A stretch of 64,000 bases of DNA from assembly GCA_963750165.1 (NCBI GenBank), contig CAVVPN010000011.1:704001-768000 (forward strand), given 5' to 3'. Below are positions 1-11,100 of this stretch, piece by piece. The DNA is from an uncultured Gemmataceae bacterium. Its GTDB lineage: Bacteria > Planctomycetota > Planctomycetia > Gemmatales > Gemmataceae. The position numbers and the translations under genes were made by a program. Position 1 is the stretch's first letter. Each line of letters starts with the position of its first letter. The notes under the pieces are model-generated. The model made no database searches. It was given only the letters and a program-made list of their open reading frames with translations, and was not told the DNA's origin.

Positions 1-1724
1 CGGAGGCGCAGTCGAGCCGGGTGGTGCTGCAGGAGTTCGTGCCGCTGGCCGAGAGCCTGGAGTGGGAGCTGGGCCAGGAGTACCTGCGCCAGCGCGGCAA
101 CAAGGCGTTCATCGCCGACGCCAGCCCCGTCCCCTTCGTCATCAACAACGACGGCACCCTCTCGCGCCACGCCGCCGATGTCCTCTTCGCCTCCCTCGAA
201 GCAGCTGAACAGCAGGGCGCGCTGGAGGACGAGATTTTCGTGCTGGAGCTGGGCATCGGCGTGGGGCTGTTCGCCCGCTACTTCCTCGACCACCTCCGCG
301 ACCTGTGCGCCGAGCACGGCAAGGACTACTACGACCGGCTCTGCTACGTCGCGGCGGATCGCTCCGAGCGCATGCTTTTGGACGTGTGCCGCCACGGCGT
401 GCTGGCCCAGCACCCCGGCCGCTACCGCCTCCGCCTCGTCGATGCAGTGGAGCCGGGCAAGCACCTGCCGCGCGACGTGTGTTTCCGCAAGGCGGGTAAA
501 CAGCCGCTGCGGGCGGTGTTCCTGAACTACCTGCTGGACTGCCTGCCGGCGGCCGTGCTGGAGGTGCAGGGCGAGCAGGTCCGCCAGCTGCACGTGCGCA
601 CCTGCCTGGCGCGGAACGTGCGGCTGGAGGACTACTCCGACCTCAAGGCCGACGCCCTGGTCAAGCGCCTGAAGGACAAGGACCCGACGGCCAAGCGCGA
701 CCTGTTGGAGGTGTACGGGCTGTGCGCCTCGGAGTACGACTACCGGCCCGTGGACGTGAAGCAGCTGCCGCACGGGGAGTTCGCGCTGGCGTTCGGCCAG
801 GGCAAGACCAACCGCATCCTGAACAGCTACGGGGCCATCCAGAGTTTGGAGCGACTCCTGGAGTTGGTGCGGGACGACGGCTTCATCCTGATGAACGACT
901 ACGGGCAGACGCAGCTCTCCAAGGAGGACGAGTTCGAGCACCAGCGCTTCAGCCTGGCCACCTTCGTCGGCGTCAACTTCCCCCTGCTCGGCGCCTACTT
1001 CGGGGACAAGCCCGGCGTCACCTAGCTGGACCCGATGAACGAGGAGAGCAGCATCCACGCCCGGTTGCTGGGCCGCAAGGTGGCGCACGCGGCGCAGGAG
1101 CGCTTCGCCGAGCGCTTCGGCCAGAAGGCGCAGGAGAAGCTGCAGGAGCCGCTGCAGAAGGCGCGGGCCTGCGGGCGCGTGGGGCGGTTCGAGCTGGCCG
1201 CCGACTTCTACCGCCAGGCCCTCAAGCAGCAGCCGGCCAACTGGGTGCTGCTCAACGAAATCTCGATGTTTCTGACGTTCTCGCTGCGCGACCCGAAGGC
1301 GGGGGTGGACCTGGCCAAGGTGGCGCTGGCGCTGAACCCGACGCTGTCCGGCGAACTGTGGAACACGCTGGGCGACGGGCTGTTCGAGTGGGGCCGCACC
1401 GCCGAGGCCGCGTCGGCGTACCGGCAGGCGCTGCGGGTCAACGAGGCCGACGTGCGGGCGCGCTACAACCTGGCGTGGTGCCACCAGCGCGACCGCGACT
1501 TCCCGGCGGCGCTCGGGGTGCTGGCGGAGGCGCTGGGGCTGGACAAGACGGGGGAGTACCGCGAGCGGCTGCTGCACAAGCTGCAGGAGGTGCTGGGCCA
1601 GCAGGCGCAGCGGCATCAGCAGGAGTACCTGCGGTTGGTCAACCTGGTCAGCAAGTACGCCCCCAGCGACACCGACGAGCGGCCCCGGCCCGACCACGAC
1701 GGCGGCGGGCCGCGGCCGGACTGA
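1..1724 (+). CDS. MidA/NDUFAF7-like SAM-dependent methyltransferase with C-terminal TPRs; 5'-partial, interrupted by in-frame TAG at 1023-1025
   Basis: Motifs VLELGIGVG, NYLLDCLP and ILMNDYG. ORFs 21..1025 and 1035..1724 share a frame (ACC TAG CTG GAC CCG ATG). TPR signatures LWNTLG and ARYNLA. Frame is open to the window edge. Confidence 0.7.
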
Positions 1725-1766
1725 GCGGCGCGGCGGGGGCACTTCTTGCGTGGGGGAGGGACGGCG

Positions 1767-2600
1767 ATGAGCCTGGCGCAGATTTTGGGGCTGCAGCAGG
1801 GGGCGGGGGTGGCGGGGGCGGAGCCGCCCGGCGCGGAGGCGGACGTGTCGGTGCTGGCGCCGCCGGGGCTGGTCTCGGTGCTGGTGCCGTGCTGCGGTCA
1901 GCTGGAGTACACAAGGCTGTGCGTGCCGGCGCTCTTGCGGCACAGCCGCGCCCCCGTGGAGTTCGTCTTCCTGGACGTGGGCTCGCTGGACGGCACGGCG
2001 GAGTACCTGGCCGGGGTGCAGGCGGCGGCGGGTGCGCGCGTGGAGGTGGTGCGGACGGGGACCGACCGGGGGCTGGGCCAGGCGGTGGCCGAGGCGCTGG
2101 GGCGTTGCCGCGGCGAGTACGTGGTGCTGCTGAACAACGACACGGTGGTGCCGGAGGGCTGGCTGCAGCAGCTGACGGGGCTGGCGGCGCTGTCGCCGGC
2201 GCTGGGGCTGGTCGGCCCGATGTCGAACTACGCGGCGGCGCCGCAGCTGGTGGAGGCGGTGCCCTACCGGGTGGGGCCGCGGCGCGGGCCGCAGGCGGGC
2301 AGCTGGCTGGTGGATGCCGCGGAGGTGCAGGCGTTCGCGCGGAAGTGGCAGCAGGAGCACAAGGGCAAGTGGCACGAGGCGGAGCGCCTGGGCGGCTTCT
2401 GCCTGCTGGTCAAGCGGGCGGTGCTGGAGAAGGTCGGGCCGCTTGAGAGCGAGGCGGGGCTGGGGTTGTTCGACACCGACGTGCTGGGGGCGAAGGCGCG
2501 GCGGGCGGGGTACACGCTGGCGGTGTGCAAGGACCTGTTCGTCCACCACTTCGGCAGCCGCACCTTCGCCCACGGCGGGCCGGCGAGCGAGGCCCGCTGA
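1767..2600 (+). CDS. Glycosyltransferase family 2
   Basis: VSVLVPC, DVGSLDGT, YVVLLNNDT, GFCLLVKR and FVHHFGS motifs; ATG at 1767 after GGAGG. Confidence 0.85.
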   Translation: MSLAQILGLQQGAGVAGAEPPGAEADVSVLAPPGLVSVLVPCCGQLEYTRLCVPALLRHSRAPVEFVFLDVGSLDGTAEYLAGVQAAAGARVEVVRTGTDRGLGQAVAEALGRCRGEYVVLLNNDTVVPEGWLQQLTGLAALSPALGLVGPMSNYAAAPQLVEAVPYRVGPRRGPQAGSWLVDAAEVQAFARKWQQEHKGKWHEAERLGGFCLLVKRAVLEKVGPLESEAGLGLFDTDVLGAKARRAGYTLAVCKDLFVHHFGSRTFAHGGPASEAR

Positions 2601-2867
2601 GCGCGGATGCGGCGGTGGTGGTTGAGCGTGTCCTGTGAAGTCTGCGGTTGTCAGGCGCTACCGTTGTGAAGCAAGTCGCCATGAACTATCGTTCACCCAG
2701 AGAGTATGAAAATGGGGTGTTGACGCCCATTGTCCTCCTTTTTTCAGAGTAGGGGTTCACCCTGCGCTGGAACCCCGGCATTGAGCGCCTGGACGGCCTG
2801 CGAGCAGGTGTCCAAGTCGTATTACGATTTTCAAAATCGTGTTATTGGGTCCTGACACCTTTTCTTT

Positions 2868-2912
2868 TCGCGAGATGCGCAGGGCATCGCAAACTTCCTT
2901 CTTGGTCAGCAT
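2868..2912 (-). pseudogene. Truncated Xis/AlpA-like helix-turn-helix gene fragment
   Basis: AAGGAG RBS then MLTKKEVCDALRISR; similarity stops at a CCTGACACCTTTT motif (2851-2863). Confidence 0.45.
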
Positions 2913-3058
2913 GTGGTTCTCCTTCATGCGAAAAGAGGGGTTCGCTGTCGGGAGAACTGATAGAGCGCTCAAAAAGGCACTGCAAATGTTTCTGGACGTT
3001 TTTTGCCAAGAAGTTGGATGAAGACGGCGAGAACGAAGACGGCGGGATGATCGACGTG

Positions 3059-3218
3059 CTTTCGACGTTTGGACGTTCAGGCGTAACGGCGTAACGGCGT
3101 ATCGGCGTCGGGTGGGCTGGCGTGACCTTGGCGGCGTGGTCGCCGGAACGCCGAAAACGCCGGAACGTCGAAAGGTAGCGGTGGCTTCGGACGTTCAGGC
3201 GTAAGGGCGTAACGGTGT
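3059..3218. repeat. 8-bp-periodic NNNGRCGT arrays (sites C and A)
   Basis: Six tandem octamers 3061-3108; four inverted copies 3140-3172; four forward copies 3187-3218. Confidence 0.85.
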
Positions 3219-3406
3219 GGCAGGCGATCACGAGCGGCTAATAACCGGACCCGTGCAGGTGTACCACGCTTTGAACCGTTCCGGGGAGAAGTGCTTGCCG
3301 TGGTTGGCGTTGGCGGCGGTTGTTGTGGTGCTGTTCCAAGAAGCGAGCGGCAGGGCCAGGCAAACGCTTCTCTGGCGGGCGGGCTAATAACGCTGCGGGA
3401 GAGTGA

Positions 3407-3580
3407 TCATGGCCGACGCCCTTGCTGGGCATCGGGGCCATCATGGTCGGCCTCGTAGTCCGTCTGCTGGTATTCATCTTGCTGGCCTGGCTGGTCTGGC
3501 GCTGGCTCTTCCAGGACCGTCAGAAGCCGGATGACGAAATCGGCGGCTTCCCGAATCTGCTGCTTCATCTGCTCGTTCAT
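3407..3580 (-). CDS. Small hypothetical protein divergent from the recombinase
   Basis: MNEQMKQQIREAADF..., 57 aa, purine-rich RBS; no recognisable domain. Confidence 0.35.
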   Translation of the reverse strand: MNEQMKQQIREAADFVIRLLTVLEEPAPDQPGQQDEYQQTDYEADHDGPDAQQGRRP

Positions 3581-3744
3581 GGTGTGCCTCTCCCTTCTTC
3601 TGATCACGTCCGTTGTCGTCCATCTACTTCCATGACATCGAACTTAATCAGGCCGTTCGGTGTCGGACCAGTAAGGTACGGATTTCGCAGAAGGGTCAAA
3701 CCACGAAATAGAACATGCCTTTCAACCCCAGGAGAGCCACCGCC

Positions 3745-4470
3745 ATGACCGAAAACGCCGCCAACTTCGAGGCGCACAACGGAAGGGCGAAATCCGCCAT
3801 CGTCGCCCAGATCGTCCGCATCGTTCGGCGTGCTGGCCTCGACTACGCTGGCTGGCGCTATGTTGCCAAGCAGGTTCGCAAGGAATGCGACCTGCGCCCG
3901 GCGAAGAAGGGGCGCAAGCTCCCCCGCATTCTCCACACCGACGACTTCCGCAAGTTCTACAAAGCAGTGGATCAGGCTGAAGACGTGCAGCATAGCCTCA
4001 TGTTGCGGCTCATGTTCTTCACCGCCGTCCGGGTCAGCGAGCTATGCAACATCCTTGTGGCCGATGTGGACCTGGAAGCCTGCAAGATCAGGATCAACCA
4101 GGGCAAGGGCAGCAAGGACCGCTACGTCCTCTTCGGCAAGAGCTTCGCCACCGCCCTGCGGACGCACATCGCAGCGCATCCCAGCAACCGCTACCTGTTT
4201 CAGACCCGACGCAACACGAGATTCACGGCCCGCCGTGTTCAGCAGATCGTCCGGTACTACGCTGACCGTGCTGGTGTGAACGCCACGCCGCACACGTTCA
4301 GGCATCAGGCGATTTCGTGGCTGACGAAGCATTCGGGCCTGGCTGACGCCGAGTTGCAACTCATCACGGGCCATGCTCACCGTGAGACGCTGGCGATCTA
4401 CCAGCACGTTGCCCTGGATGGCGAGCTTGAGCAGCGCTACCAGGAAGCGATGAAGAAGGTGGACCTGTGA
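3745..4470 (+). CDS. Tyrosine recombinase (short, Xer/resolvase-like)
   Basis: Catalytic set R (AVRVSE), K (KGSK), HxxR (HTFRH), H (TGH), Y (AIYQH); AGGAG RBS before ATG 3745. Confidence 0.92.
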   Translation: MTENAANFEAHNGRAKSAIVAQIVRIVRRAGLDYAGWRYVAKQVRKECDLRPAKKGRKLPRILHTDDFRKFYKAVDQAEDVQHSLMLRLMFFTAVRVSELCNILVADVDLEACKIRINQGKGSKDRYVLFGKSFATALRTHIAAHPSNRYLFQTRRNTRFTARRVQQIVRYYADRAGVNATPHTFRHQAISWLTKHSGLADAELQLITGHAHRETLAIYQHVALDGELEQRYQEAMKKVDL

Positions 4471-4476
4471 GCGGGG

Positions 4477-4551
4477 ACGCCTGAACGCCGGAACGCCTAA
4501 ACGCCGGAAGTCACGAGCTTTGGACGTTCCGGCGTAAGGACGTAACGGCGT
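4477..4551. repeat. 8-bp-periodic inverted + direct arrays (site B)
   Basis: acgcctga acgccgga acgcctaa acgccgga - spacer - ttggacgt tccggcgt aaggacgt aacggcgt. Confidence 0.85.
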
Positions 4552-4719
4552 AGATGGTCCCAACGTTGCAAAGTTTCATCGACCGAACTCGGATGCGAGA
4601 GCTACCAGGCTGGTTCCATAGCCGGGCCTGGTGGAACGCAGACGCCCTCGTCTTCTTTCCAAAGTCGCCGCTACGCCGTTGAGCGAGGCCGAGCGGTAGG
4701 TCCATTTGGGTGGCGATTC

Positions 4720-5160
4720 TTACGGATTACAAGTCCATGTAACAACCAGGTCGGAAATCACTACGTCACCGCCTTGTTCAGTCACTGTGGCTCGCTTCCG
4801 GGAAATCAAATCCGGGCCTAGGCGTTCTCCAATAATGATCTTGTTGTTTTCCATATAAAACTTCACGACCGGATGAGGATCAAAGACGTTCACTTCCTGA
4901 TGGGCCTTGTCCGGCTTTTTCACAGTGCGCAATCCCCCGTCATCGATTACCCACCACCGCTTGATTATCCCGCCGATACTCGCAAACTCGATATCACCAT
5001 TCTCGGCTTCAGCAATGCAGATCTTTTCAAACGTAGGGTTTTCTGAAACTGACGCTTTGTATGTGACAAGCAAGTATTCCAGGAACTCAGGCGTTCGGTA
5101 GAAACGCCACAGCTCCGAGAGTTTCCTTGCTACCAGATCGGATAGAGTCGATTCATTCAT
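4720..5160 (-). CDS. Probable cognate immunity protein of the RHS toxin
   Basis: 146 aa, lower GC, ATG 1 nt after the toxin stop; position typical of polymorphic-toxin immunity genes. Confidence 0.65.
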   Translation of the reverse strand: MNESTLSDLVARKLSELWRFYRTPEFLEYLLVTYKASVSENPTFEKICIAEAENGDIEFASIGGIIKRWWVIDDGGLRTVKKPDKAHQEVNVFDPHPVVKFYMENNKIIIGERLGPDLISRKRATVTEQGGDVVISDLVVTWTCNP

Positions 5161-5161
5161 G

Positions 5162-8100
5162 TCAAAGCCCTGATGCCAAGGTCCTCTCAACAACCTCCAT
5201 GAAACGGCTATGCTGAGCCGGAGTGAATATCCCCGATTCAACTGCCCTTGTCAGACCAGCAGTCTCAAGAGCTTCGGCAGTCCATACGCCAGGTCGAACA
5301 TACTGCCCGGCCGCAAGATCAAAAACACGACCCTGGTATTGATAGGCAACGTGGTCAACGCCTCCACCAACACTAAAACCAAGTCGCTCTCCGCCTGGAA
5401 GCAGGCGTCTGAGTTCAGCGACAGATTGCTCACAGTCGATTACCCTGGCACCACTGCGATTAGTAGTGCGACCAACATTTCGAGCTTGTTGCATTGCGAG
5501 CCGCTCAGTTTGGCTCAACCCTGCAATTAGCTCTTGCGTTGTCTGGACATAGCGGTGCAGGACGGTGTGGGCATTTCCGGCGTATTGTGAGAAGCCAGGA
5601 ACGGTTCCTAATAACCGAGCGGCTTCGGCAGAGTTGCCGTTTCTGTATGCCAACGCAATTTGTTCAGAAATCTCAGCAAGAGATGCTCGACTTGGGATTG
5701 GTTGACCGGCTCGTTGTAGCGTTGTTCGGATGGTATTCATCACGTCACCGCCGCAAATCGTATTATGCGCCAGACCGAGAAGCCCCACTCCCGACTACCT
5801 ACAAAGTAAGTGTGATAGTCGCTAACCCGCAGGTTATAGACCGTGGCGACTTCGTTCAGGTCGGTGACGGCTTCGACGGTGACCCATTGGCCGTCATGTG
5901 AGGAGACCTGATCGCCTGTCTCAATCTCCTTCGCACTGATCCACCCCTTGCCGCGCACAAAAAACGGGTGTTCCCGCGTCGTGCGTATTTCGCGGCCACG
6001 CACGCGCAAGCTCATGATCAGCGCTTCGCGCACGAACGTCCGTTCGACAACTTTAACCTCAACCGGTCCATCGCAGTCTTCTTCCGTTCGCGACAGGATT
6101 TCGTCACCGACCTGGAACTCTTCGATAGGTTTCTCACCGTCAGGTGTTAGCAGCAGTGTCCCAGCAACGAAACAGGAGTTCAAGACCCGAAGCGCTTCGG
6201 CAATCTGCCCCCGCTGTGCTGCGATCCGGGTTAGTCGGAATACATTATTAGTTCCTTGCGCCTCTGCTGTCAATCTCGCTTCCGCCTGAAGCAAACGCCT
6301 CGCCGCTTCCTCGCGGGTGGCTGGGAAAGTAACGGTCTTTCCGGCGAACGGCGCGGCTAACTCAAGCCCAATCGCAAGCACTTCTGCGGTATTCGCAGCC
6401 TTATCACCGAATTCCTTTCGGATTTCCCGAATCGACCACCGCTCCTTGCCCGTAATATCACTGTGCAGTCCTTCCAACCCACGATAAACCAGGAACCACC
6501 CGAAGGGATTTCCTGTGAGTCCCGCCTTTGCTCCCCCAACGATGAGTGCCATGTTCCCGCCAGCGCTCAAAAACTTCGGCCCGTTTTCCTTCACATCAGC
6601 CCAAAGAGCAGACATCATCCCCGAAACGCTCCCGTACTGTTTATCTTTGTTGCTAGCATTGCCAGCGTGTGCGGCTTCTCGCTCGTCCAAGGCGGCTTTC
6701 TTGGCCGCTGCCGCTGCTTTTTGTGCCGCGATGTCATTCTCGTACTTTTGTTTCTGCGTCGGGCCTAACGGCTTCTCCTCTCTGACAGGAAGGGCATAGT
6801 TTATCCGCCCACCGTCTGCTTGGGTTGAGGCGAGAGGTTGTTTGGCCTGGCGGCTGGCGTTGTAATCCCCAGTGAAAACTCGTCCAAGGTGAGACTCGAA
6901 CAACTCCCGGAAAGCTACCACAGCCTCACCTGAGGATATGGAGGGGCTGATAATGGCAACCGGATATCGACCCTCCCACTCAGCGTGGCTATTGGAGAAA
7001 TAAGAACCACCAGATCGAATTACCCCCCCTCGTGCGGCAAACCATTTGTAGTAATCCCGAGTAGTCGAGTTATTCTCGAGGTAGAGACGGACACTCCCCT
7101 CGGTCCAATCTAATCCACTGGGGTCCGTTGCGTTCGTCGGGTCGTTGTTGGCGTATCTGTAGAGGTTGCTGTCGCCCGCGTCGAAGCCGAGCGGATCCTG
7201 GCTGATCCAGCGCCCGGTGGGCGCGTCGTAGTAGCGGCCGCGGTTGTACTGGAAGCCTGTCGCGGCGTCGAACTCGCGGCTGGTGTACTGGTAGCGGCCC
7301 GTCCAGGTGCTGTCCGTCTGGCTGACCACGTTGCCGTAACCGTCGTAGACGATCGTGTCCTTCAGCGCGCCCGTACCGTCGATCACGTCGCGCACCGACC
7401 CCTGCCGGTCCGTCAGCAGCCAGGCCACCGTCCCGGCCGCCGCCTCCCGCGCGAACACCTGGTCCACGCCGTCGCCGTCCAGGTACCTTGTTGTCAAAGA
7501 GCTGGAGCCGTTCAGGTCGGCCCACACCGCGAAGTTGGTGTTGTCGCTGGCGCTGCCCCGGGCCGGATCCCAGCCGTCCAGGGCGTAGCGCTGCACCGTA
7601 TCGACCACGCCGTCGCCGTTGCTGTCGATGTCCTGCTCGATGCGGTTGCCGTAGGCATCATACTTGAACGTCGTGCGGGAGAGAAGGGTGCCGCCGTCGG
7701 TGGCGCGGTCCTCGGCCCAGAGCAGTTCGTTCTTCTGGTCGTAGCCGTAAGTCCAGGTCTCGGCGCTGGAACCCTTGCTCTTCTTGGTCAGGTTGCCCTC
7801 GGCGTCGTAGGTGTACGTCCACGTCCCGTCCGTGGTCAGTTCGTTGCCCGTGCCCGTGCTGTAGCCCGTGTTGGTGCGGTTGCCCGTGCCGTCGTACGTG
7901 AAGCTGTTCGTGCCATCGGCGGTTAACTCGTTGTCGGCGTCGTAGGTGTAGCTGGTCGTGGTGCCGCCCTTGGTCTCGCTGGTGACGTTGCCGGCCGCGT
8001 CGTAGGTGTAGGTGTACTGCGCCACGGTGACGCCGCCGCCGTCCACGTCCAGCAGGCCCGTCACCTGCCCGGCCGCGTCGTAGCTGTAGAGCGAAGCGCT

Positions 8101-11100
8101 GACGCTGGTGGTGCCGGCCAGGTCGCTGTAGCGGACCTCGCTGTGCAGCCGGCCGGCGTCGTCGTAGGCCAGGTCGATGCGCATCGGGGTCACGCCGGTG
8201 CCGCCGAGTTGCTCGCTGACCAGGCGGTCGTCGGCGTCGTAGACGGAGGTGGTCACGCCCGCCTGGCTGTCCTCCACCAGGGTGCGGTTGCCGTCGGCGT
8301 CGTAGCTGAACGTCAGCGTCTGGCCGAACGGCTCCTGCACCCCCGTCACCCGGTTGTCGGCGTCGTAGCTCAGGGTGTAGGTGCCGTTGCCGTTGGCGGC
8401 GGTCAGCTGGTTGCCGGCGTCGTCGTAGGTGAAGGTCAGCACCTGGTCCACGGTCGTGCCGTCGGCGGCGATCCAGGTCTGCCCCGTCAGCCGGCCGTCG
8501 GCGTCGTAGCCGGACTGGATCTGGCGGCCGTCGCGGTCGGTGCTACCGGTCATGCGGCCGGCGGCGTCGTAGACGAAGGTCGCCGTGTGGCTGAGCGCGT
8601 CGGTCTGCGCCGTCAGGCGGTTGTCGGCGTCGTAGGCGAAGGCGGTGGTGTTGCCGTCGGCGTCGGTGGTGCTGGTGAGGTTGCCGGCGGCGTCGTAGAG
8701 GTTGGTGGTGACCTGGCTCAGCGCGTCGATGCTTTCGGTGAGGCGGCCGTCGCCGTCGTACAGGTCCTGGGTGAGGTGGCCGTCGGCGTCCTTCGTGCCG
8801 GTGACGTTGCCCGCCGGGTCGAAGTAGTTGTAGCTGGCGTGGCTGTCGGCGTCGATGGACTCGGTCAGGCGGCCGTCCGCGTCGAAGAGACTTTTCGTGA
8901 GGTCGCCGTCGGCGTCCTGCATGCCGGTGACGTTGCCGGCGTAATCGTAGTACGTGTAGCTGTCCTTGTTGAAGGCGTCGATGGTCTCCGTCAGCCGGTT
9001 GTCGGCGTCGAAGAGGCTCTTGGTCAGGTTGCCGTCCGCGTCCTTCACCCCCGTCACGTTGCCGGCCTTGTCGAAGTAGTTGTAGCTGGCGTTGTTGTTG
9101 GCATCGACGGTCTCGGTCAGGCGACCATCCGCGTCGAAGTAGCTCTTGGTGAGGTTGCCGTCCGCGTCCTTGACGCCGGTGACGTTGCCGGCGTAATCGT
9201 AATACGTGTAGCTGGCCTTGTTGTCGGCGTCAACCATCTCCGTGAGGCGGTTGTCCGCATCGAAATAGCTCTTGGTGAGGTTGCCGTCTTCGTCCTCGGT
9301 CCCCGTGACGTTGCCCACCTTGTCGTAGAAGGTGTAGCCGTCGTTGTTGAGCGCATCAACCGTCTCCGTGAGCCGGCCGTCGGCGTCGAAATAGCTCTTG
9401 GTGAGGTGGCCGTCCTCGTCTTTCATCCCCGTCACGTTGCCGGCGAAGTCGTAGTAGCGGTAACTCGTCTTGCTCAGCGGGTCGATGCTTTCGGTGAGGC
9501 GGTTGTCCGCGTCGTACAGGTCCTGGGTGAGGTGGCCGTCGGCGTCCTTTGTGCCGGTGACGTTACCAGCGTGGTCGAAGTAGTTGTAGCTGGCGTTGTT
9601 ATCCCCGTCGATGGACTCGGTGAGGCGGCCGTCCGCGTCGTAGAGCGATTTCGTGAGGTTGCCGTCGGCGTCCTTCACCCCCGTGACGTTGCCGGCGAAG
9701 TCGTAGTAGGTGTAACTCGCCTTGCCGTTGCCGTCGATGCTTTCGGTGAGGCGGTTGTCGGCGTCGAAGAGGCTCTTGGTCAGGTTACCGTCCTCGTCCT
9801 CGGTGCCGGTGACGTTGCCGGCGTGGTCGAAAAAGGTGTAGCTGGGGTTGTTGTTCGCGTCGATGCTTTCGGTGAGGCGGTTGTCGGCGTCGAAGTAGCT
9901 CTTGGTGAGGTTACCGTCCTCGTCCTTCATCCCCGTGACGTTGCCGGCGAAGTCGTAGTAGGTGTAACTCGCCTTGCCGTTGCCGTCGATGTTTTCGGTG
10001 AGGCGGTTATCCGCGTCGAACAGGGACCTGGTGAGGTTGCCGTCCTCGTCCTCGGTGCCGGTGACGTTGCCGGCGTGGTCGAAGAAGGTGTAGCTGGGGT
10101 TGGTGTCGCCGTCGATGCTTTCGGTGAGGCGGCCGTCGGCGTCAAAGAGGCTCTTGGTGAGGTTACCGTCCGCGTCCTCGGTCCCCGTAACGTTGCCGGC
10201 GTGGTCGTAGAAGGTGTAGCTGGACTTGCCGTTGCCGTCGATGGACTGCGTGAGCCGGTTGCCGGCGTCGTAGAGGTTCTGCGTCAGGTTGCCGTCCTCA
10301 TCCTCGGTGCCGGTGACGTTGCCGGCGTGGTCGAAGAAGGTGTAGCTGGGGTTGTTGTTCGCGTCGATGCTTTCGGTCAGGCGGTTGTCGGCGTCAAAGT
10401 AGCTCTTGGTCAGGTTGCCGTCCTCGTCTTTCGTGCCGGTCACGTTGCCGGCGTGGTCGTAGAAGGTGTAGCTGGACTTGCCGTTGCCGTCGATGGATTG
10501 TGTGAGCCGGTTGTCGGCGTCGTAGAGGTTCTGCGTCAGGTTGCCGTCCTCGTCCACCGTCCCCGTGACGTTGCCGGCGTGGTCGTAGTAGGTGTACGCG
10601 GGGTTGTTGTCGCCATCGACGGTCTCGGTGAGGCGGTTATCCGCATCGAACAGGGACTTGGTGAGGTTGCCGTCCTCGTCCTCCATCCCGGTGACGTTGC
10701 CGGCGAAGTCGAAGAACGTGTAGCTGGCGTGGTTGTCGGCGTCGATGCTTTCGGTGAGGCGGCCGTCCGCGTCGAAGAGGCTCTTGGTGAGGTTGCCGTC
10801 CTCGTCCTCCATCCCGGTGACGTTGCCGGCGTGGTCGAAGAAGGTGTAGCTGGGGTTGTTGTCGCCGTCGATACTTTCGGTCAGGCGGTTGTCGGCGTCA
10901 AAGTAGCTCTTGGTGAGGTTACCGTCCTCGTCCTTCATCCCCGTGACGTTGCCGGCGAAGTCGTAGTACGTGTAACTCGCCTTGCCGTTGCCGTCGATGT
11001 TTTCGGTGAGGCGGTTGTCCGCGTCGTACAGATCCTGCGTGAGGTTGCCGTCCTCGTCCTCGGTGCCGGTGACGTTGCCGGCATGGTCGAAGAAGGTGTA

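Noticed and set aside
1023..1025. Pyrrolysine or alternative genetic code
   Set aside because: TAG terminates several other genes here and no pyl genes are visible.
3745..4470. Integron integrase
   Set aside because: Lacks the IntI-specific insertion before HxxR, and no attC cassette array is seen.
3059..4551. Octamer arrays as a CRISPR or other guide-RNA array
   Set aside because: No repeat-spacer alternation of suitable length and no cas-like gene.
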